Assembly: GCA_013112535.1 (NCBI GenBank)
Contig: JABFGI010000001.1
Coordinates: 581,243 to 645,242 of the forward strand
DNA: 64,000 nt
Reading direction: 5' to 3'
Source: Pseudomonadota bacterium
GTDB lineage: Bacteria; Pseudomonadota; Gammaproteobacteria; Eutrophobiales; Eutrophobiaceae
The notes under the pieces are model-generated. The model was given only the letters and a program-made list of their open reading frames with translations. It searched no databases and was not told the origin of the DNA. The position numbers and the translations under genes were made by a program. Positions 10,075-21,400 of the stretch are shown here, piece by piece (the stretch's first letter is position 1; each line of letters starts with the position of its first letter).

Positions 10075-10800
10075 TTGTGTCTTTTACATTTAAAAATAGA
10101 TATTGAGCAATTTAAAATAATGAGTCAGGAAGAATTAAAAAATCCCGGTACGAAAAAAAAGAAAATCATTAACTTATACGATATGTATGAGGAAAAACGT
10201 GAATACCCAAGAATTAAAGTCAATACCCTGGCAGTGATCGAAAAAACGGGGGATTATGAAGTAAATGCCATATTGCATGATATTTCACCCGATGGTGTTC
10301 AATTACGGTGTAATAGAAAAAGTGCGCATACTATCCATCCAACTGGAAAATTTATCTCGGGGAAAACAGCACCTGAAGTTGCATTAAAATTTACTTTACC
10401 CATTGATGGCAAAGATAAAGACGTTATCGTACAGGCTAAAATTTATTACTTCTCAATAATCGAAATCGATGTAGTTGCATTTGGTGCTAAATTTATACAA
10501 TTCGAAAAGTTTACTGAACGTCATGTCGATGACTTCATCATGAAGTCAGTGGTCCCGGTCGAAGAAAAAGTATTAAATGTTTTAGATTCACCTCGAACCA
10601 GCGAAGATATTCTGAACGAACTTGATCTTGATGATGAAAATATTGATCTGAACGCGACGCTTAATCGATTAAGGAAAAAGAAAGCGGTTGTATCATATGA
10701 AGATGATAAAACACGTAAATTTATCAAACTGGAAGCCGCAATAGCGACTATTTTTGAGCGTCTGGAAAAGATAGAAAAAAAACTCAATAAAACAGATTAA
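10075..10800 (+). CDS. PilZ-domain (c-di-GMP-binding) protein; alternative start at 10121
   Basis: RxxxR (REYPRIKV) and D-x-S-x-x-G (HDISPDGV) PilZ motifs; 241 aa. Confidence 0.6.
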   Translation: MCLLHLKIDIEQFKIMSQEELKNPGTKKKKIINLYDMYEEKREYPRIKVNTLAVIEKTGDYEVNAILHDISPDGVQLRCNRKSAHTIHPTGKFISGKTAPEVALKFTLPIDGKDKDVIVQAKIYYFSIIEIDVVAFGAKFIQFEKFTERHVDDFIMKSVVPVEEKVLNVLDSPRTSEDILNELDLDDENIDLNATLNRLRKKKAVVSYEDDKTRKFIKLEAAIATIFERLEKIEKKLNKTD

Positions 10801-10940
10801 GTTCAGGCTATATTTTCACTTCCATCCGAGGTTAAAAATAATAGTGATACAAGCCTCTAAATACCCTCTTGAATACTGAATTTACATTGAAAATGTAATA
10901 AGCTAAATCTAATAAGAAATTACTTAAAAAAGGTGTTTTC

Positions 10941-12977
10941 ATGGGAAAGTTAATCAAGATTCTTGTTGTTCTGGTTCTGCTTGTCGTTGCAGCTATTGCC
11001 GGTATTATTCTTACAACTGATATCAATCAATATAAGCCTCAGATAGTTCAAGCCGTTAAAGACAATACCGGAAGAGATTTTGAAATCAGTGGTGATCTTA
11101 AATTAGCCCCTTCCCTCATCCCTACTGTAGCGATAGAAGGCGTTTCTCTGGGTAATGCCAGTTGGGCAAAAGAAAAGAATATGCTTAGCGTTGGTAAATT
11201 TGAAGCGCAAGTTGCATTGATGCCTTTATTAAAGAAAAACATCCAGGTTGTTCGTTTAATATTAATCGAACCCAATATCCATCTTGAAACTAATGAGCAA
11301 GGCCAGGGCAACTGGGTCTTATCAAGTGCATCAGATAAAAAAGAAAAACAGGCTGCGAAATCTGCTTCAAGTGAATTGCCTGCGCTTGCTGTAAATGAAG
11401 TTCGCATCGAAAAAGCAAACATCAGCTATAAAGATGGCAAAACGGGTAAAATGACGGAATTACTTATCGACGAGATCACGGTTAATTCTTCCAGTTTTTC
11501 CGATCCGATGGCGCTACTTGTTAAAGCAAGCTTTAACAAATCACCTTTAAATATAGAAGGAACTCTGGGATCAGTTAACAACTTGATGGACAACAAAAAT
11601 TACCCGGTGAAACTAGATATTGGTGTAGCAGGAGCTGAGGTATCAGTAGACGGTACAATTGGACAACCGATGTCTGCTAAAGGTATTAACTTACAAACAT
11701 CATTAAACATTTCTAAATTAAGTGACTTAAATCAGGTTGCCGGTTCAGAATTACCTGATGTTGGCCCAATAATATTTAGTGGAAAACTATCCGACACAGA
11801 ATCCGGTTATGCCGTTAAATCGATGGTAGCGCAATTAATGGAATATAAAGTGAACGGCGATATTGATGTCAGTATGGCAGGCGCCCGTCCAAAACTAAAT
11901 GCAAACCTGACTTCTGAGTCACTTGATATCAGTCCATTTCAGGGAGAAGAAAAAGAAAAGGTTAAAAAAGAAAAAATGTTCTCTTCAGATCCACTCCCGT
12001 TAGATGGACTTAAAGCGGCAGATGTTAACTTAACGTTTAAAACGAAAAAATTAATTACAAAAGACCTGATCATAACTGATGCAGCTATTTCCCTGAACCT
12101 GAATAACGGCAAACTAAAATTATCAAAATCAGGTAAAGCTGCTGGCGGCACATTAGCCGTTAATGTAGATCTGGATGGCAGCAATGGTAAGACGGCAGTG
12201 TTAAATAACAGTATTGAAATAAAACAAATAGAGCTTGGCCAGATTCCATCGATTCAGGAGAAAAAATTAATTACAGGTGGAAAAACAGATATAACGATTA
12301 AAGCAAAAGGTACTGGTTCTAGTGTAAGTCAAATCATGGCCGGTCTAAATGGAAAACTATTAGTTCAAGCTGGCAAAGGTCAAATCTCAAATACGGCATT
12401 GGAGTTAGCCAGTGCAGATGCACTGGTCAGTACATTATCCATGTTGACTCCAGGAGCAAAAGAGTCTGATGGCAGTCTGTTAGAATGTGCAGTTGTTAAT
12501 TTTAATATTAAAGATGGACTTGCAACAGCAGAAAACGGTATTGCGATGTCGACTAACCATATGAATGTTATCGGTGCAGGAACGATTGATTTTAAGACAG
12601 AAAAACTCGATATCGGAATAACACCAAAAGCAAAAGAAGGTATCGGCCTGAATCTGGGACAACTGGCAGGATTAGTCAGAGTTGGAGGTACACTCACCAA
12701 CCCCAGTCCAAAAGCAGATGCCGAGGGGGCATTAAAAACAGGGCTTTCAGCCGGTGCTGCCGTTGCAACTGGTGGGCTTTCTTTATTAGCTGAAAACTTT
12801 TTGAGTAATGGTGTAGCTGATGATACAAACCCCTGCGATATTGCTTTAGGCAAAGCACCTGTTAAATCTGCCGCTAAAGAAAAACCTGCAGAAGAAAAGA
12901 ATGCCGTCGAAAAAACAACCGATACTGTTAAGGATGCTGCCGGCGCTATTGGCGACAAGCTAAAAAGTTTATTTTAA
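10941..12977 (+). CDS. AsmA-family outer-membrane assembly protein
   Basis: N-terminal signal anchor (ILVVLVLLVVAAIAGIIL); AsmA N-domain pattern (KPQIVQAVKDNTGRDFEISGDLKL...); 678 aa. Confidence 0.75.
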   Translation: MGKLIKILVVLVLLVVAAIAGIILTTDINQYKPQIVQAVKDNTGRDFEISGDLKLAPSLIPTVAIEGVSLGNASWAKEKNMLSVGKFEAQVALMPLLKKNIQVVRLILIEPNIHLETNEQGQGNWVLSSASDKKEKQAAKSASSELPALAVNEVRIEKANISYKDGKTGKMTELLIDEITVNSSSFSDPMALLVKASFNKSPLNIEGTLGSVNNLMDNKNYPVKLDIGVAGAEVSVDGTIGQPMSAKGINLQTSLNISKLSDLNQVAGSELPDVGPIIFSGKLSDTESGYAVKSMVAQLMEYKVNGDIDVSMAGARPKLNANLTSESLDISPFQGEEKEKVKKEKMFSSDPLPLDGLKAADVNLTFKTKKLITKDLIITDAAISLNLNNGKLKLSKSGKAAGGTLAVNVDLDGSNGKTAVLNNSIEIKQIELGQIPSIQEKKLITGGKTDITIKAKGTGSSVSQIMAGLNGKLLVQAGKGQISNTALELASADALVSTLSMLTPGAKESDGSLLECAVVNFNIKDGLATAENGIAMSTNHMNVIGAGTIDFKTEKLDIGITPKAKEGIGLNLGQLAGLVRVGGTLTNPSPKADAEGALKTGLSAGAAVATGGLSLLAENFLSNGVADDTNPCDIALGKAPVKSAAKEKPAEEKNAVEKTTDTVKDAAGAIGDKLKSLF

Positions 12978-13072
12978 TTGTTGTCATTTAGTCTTAATCA
13001 AATATTCTCAAGGGACTGGGTTTGATTTTTATCTGACAAAACTGAATATCTGAGATAAACCATTTACATCGT

Positions 13073-13094
13073 CATTCCCGCGCAGGCGGGAATC
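13073..13094. repeat. Palindromic hairpin ATTCCCGCGCAGGCGGGAAT (8-bp stem) between convergent genes
   Basis: Perfect ATTCCC-N8-GGGAAT palindrome; no T-tract on either strand, so not a canonical terminator. Confidence 0.4.
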
Positions 13095-13142
13095 CAGTAT
13101 ACGACTTATAGTTAGCACAATTTATTATGTGCCAGATCCCGG

Positions 13143-13988
13143 CTACGGCGTCACAGTGACATCAATCGATAATTCTTTTATCTTTGCTGCAAAATCCTGC
13201 AACCATGAGGCAGGTAATTTTTTAATTATCTTTGCTTCTGGTTGCAAAGACTCCCTCTCAATTCCATAAAGCAATACGCCTTTCAATGGAATATTCCGAC
13301 TAATAACCGCTTTTAGTAAATTCAGGTAGGCATTAATCTCAGAATCGCTTGGTGGTTGACTCTTATAAGAAAATACACATGTTTGAATCAACGTGGGACA
13401 AAGATCAGCCACAATTTTTAATCGTTTTAATGACGATGTATTTGATCCCCTGACCTGATTAATTGTTGCAATACCGGTTGGTGTTGCGCTGTCAATTTTA
13501 AACCAGACTTCACCATTCATTTTGGCCAGCTTTTCCAGTCCTTTTTTGACCTGATTACGGTTTACCATACTTCCGTTCGTAATCAATACACACTTAATCG
13601 AACCAAGTAAGCCATATTCTTTTAATATAAGTTCGATTAAATTAACAACTTGATCAAATTCATTGGCGGTAGTTGGTTCGCCATTACCTGATATGGCGAT
13701 ATCTTTTATAACGCGAAACTCATCAGGTACGGCTTCCTTATCGTAAAAACTGCCGTGAATCACGTCTGCCAGAAAATTACGTAATTCCGAGGCTAATTTA
13801 TCGATATTAACTGAAGGTGCGCTACCGCGTATAAGATCCGGAACCTGACAATATATACAACGCCAATTACAGGCGTTGTTTATATTGAGGTTTACTCCAA
13901 TTGAAAGCCCGCCTGAACGGCGGGATAAAACAGGATAAATGTAAGTGAGACCAGCCTTGTCTCGGCTGTGATCTTGTGTTGTTAACAT
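13143..13988 (-). CDS. Radical SAM domain protein
   Basis: CNWRCIYC (CxxxCxxC) 4Fe-4S/SAM motif and GNGEP glycine-rich motif; 281 aa. Confidence 0.7.
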   Translation of the reverse strand: MLTTQDHSRDKAGLTYIYPVLSRRSGGLSIGVNLNINNACNWRCIYCQVPDLIRGSAPSVNIDKLASELRNFLADVIHGSFYDKEAVPDEFRVIKDIAISGNGEPTTANEFDQVVNLIELILKEYGLLGSIKCVLITNGSMVNRNQVKKGLEKLAKMNGEVWFKIDSATPTGIATINQVRGSNTSSLKRLKIVADLCPTLIQTCVFSYKSQPPSDSEINAYLNLLKAVISRNIPLKGVLLYGIERESLQPEAKIIKKLPASWLQDFAAKIKELSIDVTVTP

Positions 13989-14050
13989 ACTTTTAAATAG
14001 CCAAATTAAAAATAGTTTGGGCCATTTTCAGGCTATTTAAATCAGGCAAA

Positions 14051-14383
14051 TTAGCCTGCCATATCTTTACAACCCTTTAATGCGACTGCACGAACACTGG
14101 TTGAAGCCGGCTTAGCTTTGAACATCATTTCTTCACCTGTAAACGGGTTCGTACCTTTACGTGCTTTTCTAGCAGGCTTCTTAACACGTTTTAATTTAAC
14201 ACCCAATTCAGGCACCATAAATTCACCGCAAGCACGCGCTTTTAAATGACGTTCTGCCTGTTCTGCCAATGAAGCCAAAACAGCTTTAACATTTGCTTTT
14301 GAAAGTTCTGTTGCTTCAGCGATTTCAGCAACGATTTGTGCCTTGGTCATGCGATCTTTAACTGCTGTTGATTTATTTGCCAT
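14051..14383 (-). CDS. HU/IHF-family nucleoid-associated DNA-binding protein with a C-terminal extension
   Basis: HU-like N-terminal helices (KAQIVAEIAE...SKANVKAVLASLAEQ) and arm region; 110 aa. Confidence 0.75.
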   Translation of the reverse strand: MANKSTAVKDRMTKAQIVAEIAEATELSKANVKAVLASLAEQAERHLKARACGEFMVPELGVKLKRVKKPARKARKGTNPFTGEEMMFKAKPASTSVRAVALKGCKDMAG

Positions 14384-14712
14384 GATAATTCCTATAATTT
14401 TAAGTTAGATTATTTCTCCGAAAAATACACCAATCAGCCCAGTGCTTTTCCCCTTTCCGAATTGTTTGCCACTAGCCGTAAAACTGCTAATAACACTATA
14501 AAACTAGGGCGAAATAGTAACACCAAACAGTTTCATTTTCATATTTTTGTTAGTAAAAAAACAAAAGATTTTTTATATTAAGTTGCTTAAAGCTCCAATC
14601 CTTAGCCTCTATTCTCAGGTTTGGCAATCGTCCTGATTAAATATCGGAAATTAACTTTAATCTTTCTGTTAATCCTTATGCTAAAAATTGAAAACGAATG
14701 AAACTCAATACT

Positions 14713-15006
14713 CTAATGATGAGTCGGTATACGCTCCATTTTTTGATACACGCGTTTATTTTCTTGCTCTAATTGCCAGAGTTTCAAGTTTGTTTGCATG
14801 CCTTTCCAGAAACGAGGGCTACTACCCAACACGCGACTTAACCGAATCGCGATATCTTCCGTAACATCACCACGTTCATTCACCACTTTCGACATGGTAT
14901 TACGAGCCACACCGCAACGCTTTGCCAACTCACTAATCGTCAAACCTGTTTCAGGCAAGATTACATTACGAATTAATGCACCAGGGTGTGAAGGTTTACG
15001 TGTCAT
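14713..15006 (-). CDS. higA: HigA antitoxin (XRE-type HTH)
   Basis: HTH ISELAKRCGVARNTMSKVVN, 97 aa; start overlaps the higB stop by 1 nt (TAATG). Confidence 0.8.
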   Translation of the reverse strand: MTRKPSHPGALIRNVILPETGLTISELAKRCGVARNTMSKVVNERGDVTEDIAIRLSRVLGSSPRFWKGMQTNLKLWQLEQENKRVYQKMERIPTHH

Positions 15007-15293
15007 TAGTGATAATCCTCTAAATTTAAATCTATTACATCATTACCATCCATGCGCCAAGTGATTCGCCAATTTCCAGTAACGCGAACACTGTACTCGC
15101 CCTTGCGTTGACCTTTTAATCCATGAAAATACAAGCCAACGATGTCCATTTCTTCCGCTTTTTCAATCGTATCAAGTGCATCCAGAATAACAATCAGGCG
15201 ATCAGCTATGATCGCACTGATACCTCGTTTATCAGTATATCGTGGGTCGTCGAAAAAACGCTTCAATCCTTTGTGGCGAAACTTTTTAATCAT
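15006..15293 (-). CDS. higB: HigB toxin (RelE/ParE-fold plasmid-maintenance killer family)
   Basis: 95 aa, HigB pattern MIKKFRHKGLKRFF...RGISA; toxin-first order with HigA downstream. Confidence 0.8.
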   Translation of the reverse strand: MIKKFRHKGLKRFFDDPRYTDKRGISAIIADRLIVILDALDTIEKAEEMDIVGLYFHGLKGQRKGEYSVRVTGNWRITWRMDGNDVIDLNLEDYH

Positions 15294-15458
15294 AGTTGAC
15301 TAAAGTGTAATCTATATGATTGCACTCTGCAAGCTATATAGATACAGGCAAATTTAGCAAAAAATAAATCAACAGATTAAAAACAAACCTTTCAAACCGG
15401 CCTCCTTCCGTTATCAATTGAGAGTTATAGAAAACTGGAAAGAAACAAGTTTCAACTT

Positions 15459-18400
15459 TTATGCTGACTGCCACGCTGTGGAAATAACCGATTGCACATC
15501 CTCCTGAAGTGCTTCAGGTACATCGAGTGAACCACAGTGAGAAACATTAAAGACAGCCATCGCATCAACAAGTTGCTGCACATTCGTTTCTAACAATACC
15601 GACCCATCCGATAATTCAATACGTTCAATTCGCGTATCCCTATTACTGTGCCATCCCCAACTCCAACCATGACTGTGTTTATACCAGTCTTCTATCGTCA
15701 CTTGATCTTCTGTACCGATAATGCCGATATTCAAATCTTTATGATCGCGCCAAAGCCATAAATCGTCTGCCCCGATACTTTCGCCAAAACGTAATGTGTC
15801 TTCACCCGCGTTTTCTTCTATCTCATCAACATCATCACCGCGGTTAAAGAGGTAAGTATCATTACCACGGCCACCTTCAATAACGTCATCACCAGTACCA
15901 CCGTGCAAGATGTCATTACCGCCATCACTGAAGAGCCAGTCGTGACCCGCTCCGCCTTCGTGTATGTCATCACCGGCACCGCTGTAAAGAGCATCATCTC
16001 CTTCGCCACCACTTAAAGTGTTGTTGCCGTACCAGTCTTCGAGCACATCATTACCACTGCCGCCATTTAGAGCATCATCACCCTGACCACCTAGTATCCA
16101 GTCACGACCTGCATTGCCATTCAGGATATTGTTACCAAACCATTCTTGTAAGTGATCGTTACCATTACCGCCATTAAGTACATCATCACCTGAATTACCA
16201 AAGAGCCAGTCATGTCCATTACCGCCGTTGAGAGTATCATTGCCATCGCCACCATGAAGATGGTCGTTGCTACCTCCGCCATTAAGTATATCATTCCCGT
16301 CTTCGCCAAAGAGCCAGTCAGGACGATTAAAACCATTGATAATATCTTTCTCATCTGTCCCCAGCAGAAAGTTAGAGTGATTATTACCGTTAATGACATT
16401 GGTGATATCGAGAGTAAAGGAATCACTAACACTTAACCCTTCGATATCAGTAACCGTCACTTTAATATCAAGCAGTCCGGATACATCGAATGGGACATTA
16501 CCACTGAAAGTTCGGGTTGCAGCATCAAAGCTTAACCACGCTGGTAAGGCACTACCGTCATTTAAGCTTGCTGTGTAACGTAAGGTGTCCCCATGAATAA
16601 AGTCATCATCATCGAAAATATCAGAGGGAAGTTGGTAACTAAAGCTAACACCTTCTATTGTTGCCTGATCATCAACTGGATTTGCCAACACTGGATTATC
16701 GTTAACATTGTTAATCACCACTCTAAATTCATCATCAGTACTCAATCCAGCACTGTCTGTTGCTGTGACTTTGATATCAAGATTCCCGACATCATCATTA
16801 TCAGGGGTGCCACTGAAGGTTTGGGTTGCCGCATCAAACGTTAACCAACCCGGTAAGTTACTATCATCAGAGAGTGACGCGCTATAATTTAAGGTGTCGT
16901 TTGCATCGTCCACATCATCAAAGGTGTTTGCGGGGATTGTGAAACTGAACGGTGCATCTTCATCGATAACCTGATCGGTAATCACATTGCTCAGTGTTGG
17001 TGTATCGTTCGTCCCGTTAATGGTGATTTGAACGGTGCTCGCTGTACCGTCGACACTGCTTGCATTAAACGTTTCACTAACACTGTCACCGACATTTAAA
17101 CTATCAAACGACTCGTTCGCATTAAACGTCCAGTTACCTGCTACATCAATATCAAACGTACCGATGGCGCCAACGGTATTACTTGCGGTGAACACATTGT
17201 CCTCGTTATCCACATCACTACTGGTTAATGTTCCAGCTGTTGTCAGCACTGCATCAGTTTCATTTAAAGTTTCAACGGCATTGCTGACGGTTGCAGCGTC
17301 ATTAACATTATTAACAGTCAAGCTGAATTCATCGCTGACACTGTGACCGCCTGTATCAGTTACTGTTACTTTGACCTCAATATTATCAACATCATCATTC
17401 ACGGGTGTGCCACTAAAGGTTTGTGTGGCTGCATCAAAACTTAACCAACTCGGCAATGCAGAATCATCACTTAATGTGGCGTTGTATATTAATGTATCGC
17501 CAACATCCGGATCACTAAACGTATTCGCTGGTATTGTAAATGAAAAAACGTGATCTTCATCTGTTGCTTGATCCGATATCCCTGCATCGACGAAAGGGGC
17601 ATTATTGATATTTGTGTTTCCATTAATAGTGAGACGAAATGACTCATCGACACTTAAGCCGCCAGCATCCGTTGCTATCACATTAATTTCAATAACGCCC
17701 ACATCGTTATCATCTGGAGTGCCGTTAAAGGTTTGTGTTGCAGCATCAAAGCTTAGCCAATCTGGTAATACTTCGCCGTTTTTTAATGTCGCTGTATAAG
17801 ACAATGCATTACCTGACTCTGGATCGATAAAGGCATCATCAGGAATAACATAACTAAAAATAGCATCCTCATCGACAACCTGGTTTTCTAGTCCGGTATT
17901 AACACCAGGAGCGAGATTTATATCATTACCACTAATCAGTCCTTCAATATCATCATTATTGAGCGTAAGAGCGTTGTCACCTGTAAATATAAATTGTTCA
18001 ATAACAGCATTGGAATCATCAAACCAGCCCGTCACGGTAACCGTCTGACCAGCGCCAAAAGAAAGAATTAAATCATCGCCCGATTGACTAACATTTAAAT
18101 CAGTTACAGATAATCCTTCCCCAAAGAAAACGCGATCAAAACCACCTACTTCTAATATCGTATCGTGACCATCATTAGCATTAATAATATAGGTGTCATC
18201 ACCAACGCCACCTTCAAGATGGTCATTTCCAGTGTTTCCTATAATTATATCGTTTCCTTCTCCACCTATAACAATATCGTTTCCTTCGCCGCCATCCAGT
18301 TCATCATCGCCTTCGCCACCATCAAGTGTGTCATTACCAGCAAAGCCGTTTATACGATCGACGATTTCTGTACCATTTAATTCATCGTCACCTGCTGTAC

Positions 18401-21400
18401 CATCAAAACCAAAACCTAAATCCAGAACATCCTGATAAGTCAGAGTAAAACTGTCATTAAACGTAATACGTTCAAATAAATCAGGAATACCAGATAAGTC
18501 ATTGGTGTCAACATCAGTAAAATACAATTGAATTTGTCCATCAAAAATATCGATAATTAAAGAACCTCTGTGTATGGAAATATCACTGCGAGTAACGTGT
18601 TTCTTTGTATAAATATCAAACGCATTAATACCGTGAAACGAAGATGGCAGAAGAAGCGTATACCGTCCTTTTGAAGCAGTATAGGGATTAGATTGAGAAC
18701 CAATTTTTACTGTATTTAAACTGCTGCTGGACGTTTGAATAGTATAATTTCGGTTGATGTTTTGTTCCCCGGAAAGATTGATAACATTTTCACCTGAACC
18801 GGCATTAATAATCGCAGTTTCGACATCACCGACATTAATAATGTCATTGCCATCAAGCGTAAAGATTTTTTGATCACTTTCTACTACATCAACAATGTCA
18901 CTTTCATTACTACCCAAGACGTCAATTTCATTTCGAAAATCCTTGCCATAAACCAGGTAGCTTTCACCGTTATTAAGATTAGCTCCCGCAGCACTAACAA
19001 GTAAATCATCAAAACCATCACCATTAACATCTCCGGCAGCACTGACAACGCTTCCACTTTGGTCTCCGCTAATATTACCGGTTAACTGAAACCCGTTTTG
19101 TCCATCTAGTTCATCTAAATTAACAGAAGTCTGAATACCTCCCTGCTTTCCATATACCAGATAAGAAATACCCACATTATTTTCGCTATTGACTGTTTTA
19201 TCTGACATGCCGATTAAAATATCACTCAGGCCATCACCATTCACATCACCTGCCGCGCTTACAGAAGAAATACTGCCGCCTGATAAACTGAATAATGATA
19301 AAGCGCCTGCACCTAAACTATTAGCATTAACATCAGCAGTAAAATTATTTTCCTTACCATAAATGACATGAGCCGTATTACTGTGATGAACAACAAGCAG
19401 GTCATCAATACCATCACCATTAATATCCCCCACACCTTCTGCACGCATAGTTTCAGCATTTGTCTCATACATTCCGTTTAATCGGAAACCATTGCTGCCA
19501 TCTAGTGAATTAATATCAAATGAATTCGAAAAACCTGTTTGACCAAGAACAACATAGCCTAACGGTAAATTAAATCCGCCTAATGGATCGCGCGGATCAG
19601 GAAGACCGGGTACGGCTTCAGGCGCATAAACAAAAAGATCATCCAGACCATCGTTGTTGATGTCACCAATGTCGGTTACGGTTGTGCCTGTTTCACTGTT
19701 GGCAACATTACCGGAAAAACTAAAACCATTACTGCCATCTAAAACATCAATGTCGATGTTATAACTTGAAAAATCAGATCGACCAAAGACAATAGAAACG
19801 TCACCGGTTGTTCCGTTTGTGTCTGGTGTACCGATGATTACATCATCAAACCCATCTCCATTGATATCACCTGCCCCATCCACCTGAATATTACTGTTAC
19901 TGTTAATCGCATTGCCAGTAAGTACAATTCCTTGATCAGCACTAAGGTTATTCAAGTCTATATCACTACTAAAACCACTCTCATGACCAAATAACACAGC
20001 ACTTTGTCCCGGGTTTAGATCCGAACTCATTCCAATGATTACATCATCAAACCCGTCACCATTCACATCGCCTGCACTTTTTATAGAATTAATCGCTAAA
20101 CTGGAAGAAAAATGAACGCCGTTATTGCCATTCAAATTTGTTAAATCGAATGTTGAATTCAGTTGTTCTTGCTGACCAAAAACCAAATAACTTCCCTGAG
20201 TTTGATTACCTTGTATTAAAACATCATCAAACCCGTCCCCATTGACATCACCCGCAGAGGCTACAGCTTGCCCACCATTTTCAAAAATTACTTCCTGGCT
20301 TAATGAAATCGTCCCCACTACTTCGGTACCGCGTATTGTTAGCGATAAAGTGGAGTTTGATATTTCACCACTGTCATCACTCATAGTGTAATCGACCAAC
20401 ACAGTAGCAACATCACCAGCAATTAAATCAGTAAAATCATTGCCCGGATCAAATTTAAGCTGATTGTTCTCGATTGACACGCTGCCTTTGTTGCCTTGAA
20501 GGGTAACAGTGTCTAATGAAAAATTTGAAACATCATCATCCGGATCGAGATCGGTATCATTAGCAAGCACATCAATTAAAAACGCATTGTTTGCAGCAGC
20601 TGGAAATAATCGTGCAGCTATACCGCCATCAAGGTCACCACTACTGCTTGAACTAGTCTGCCAGACTGCTACCAGACCACCATCGCTGAGTAAGTTAATA
20701 GAAGGTCGCTGTTGGTTATTATCAACAAGTTCATTAACAAGAAACGTGGTAACTTGTCCCTGATCATTAAATCTTGCTGCAATAACAGCAAGATCATCCT
20801 GATCATCACCCTGGTCAGCAAAGCTATTCCAGCTTACAATAAAGCCGTTGTTACTATCAGCAACAACGCTGTAATCCCTGCCAAATAATTCAAAATCAGA
20901 ATTAAGTAATATCGCTTGTCCCTGTGAGATACCTGAACTATTAAATCGTTGACCATAGATATTTTCAGTAGCACTGGAATAAATCCAGGTCACCATATAG
21001 TCGTCACCGGATAAAGCCACGACTTCCGGAGAAATCATTTGCGAAGGCTGAATAGCGACGGATAAAGGGATTTCTCCTGTTAGTGCATTACCTTGATTAT
21101 CATAAAAGCGAGCACTTAAAGGCGTTTCATCTTGTAGTTCAACTGAGATTGGACGATTGTGATCATTCGATTCCCAAACAATGGCAAAGCTGCCATCTGT
21201 TTGCACAGCAACTTTAGGCATATCCTGGTTATCAAATGAAAACGTATTAACTTCAAATTCATTACCCACTTTTACTCCATTCGCATCAAAACGTTGACCG
21301 GCTATTTCACTTTCGGTAGTTGCTCCACCTTCATGTTCTGTCATCCAAACAGCAATAAAACCGCCATCAGGTAAACCAGCAATGTCGATTGATGTTTGAA

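Noticed and set aside
16440-17800. Possible CRISPR array (regular ~300-bp periodic repeats)
   Set aside because: The repeats are in-frame coding units of cadherin-like domains within the adhesin gene. There is no short direct-repeat/spacer structure and no cas genes.
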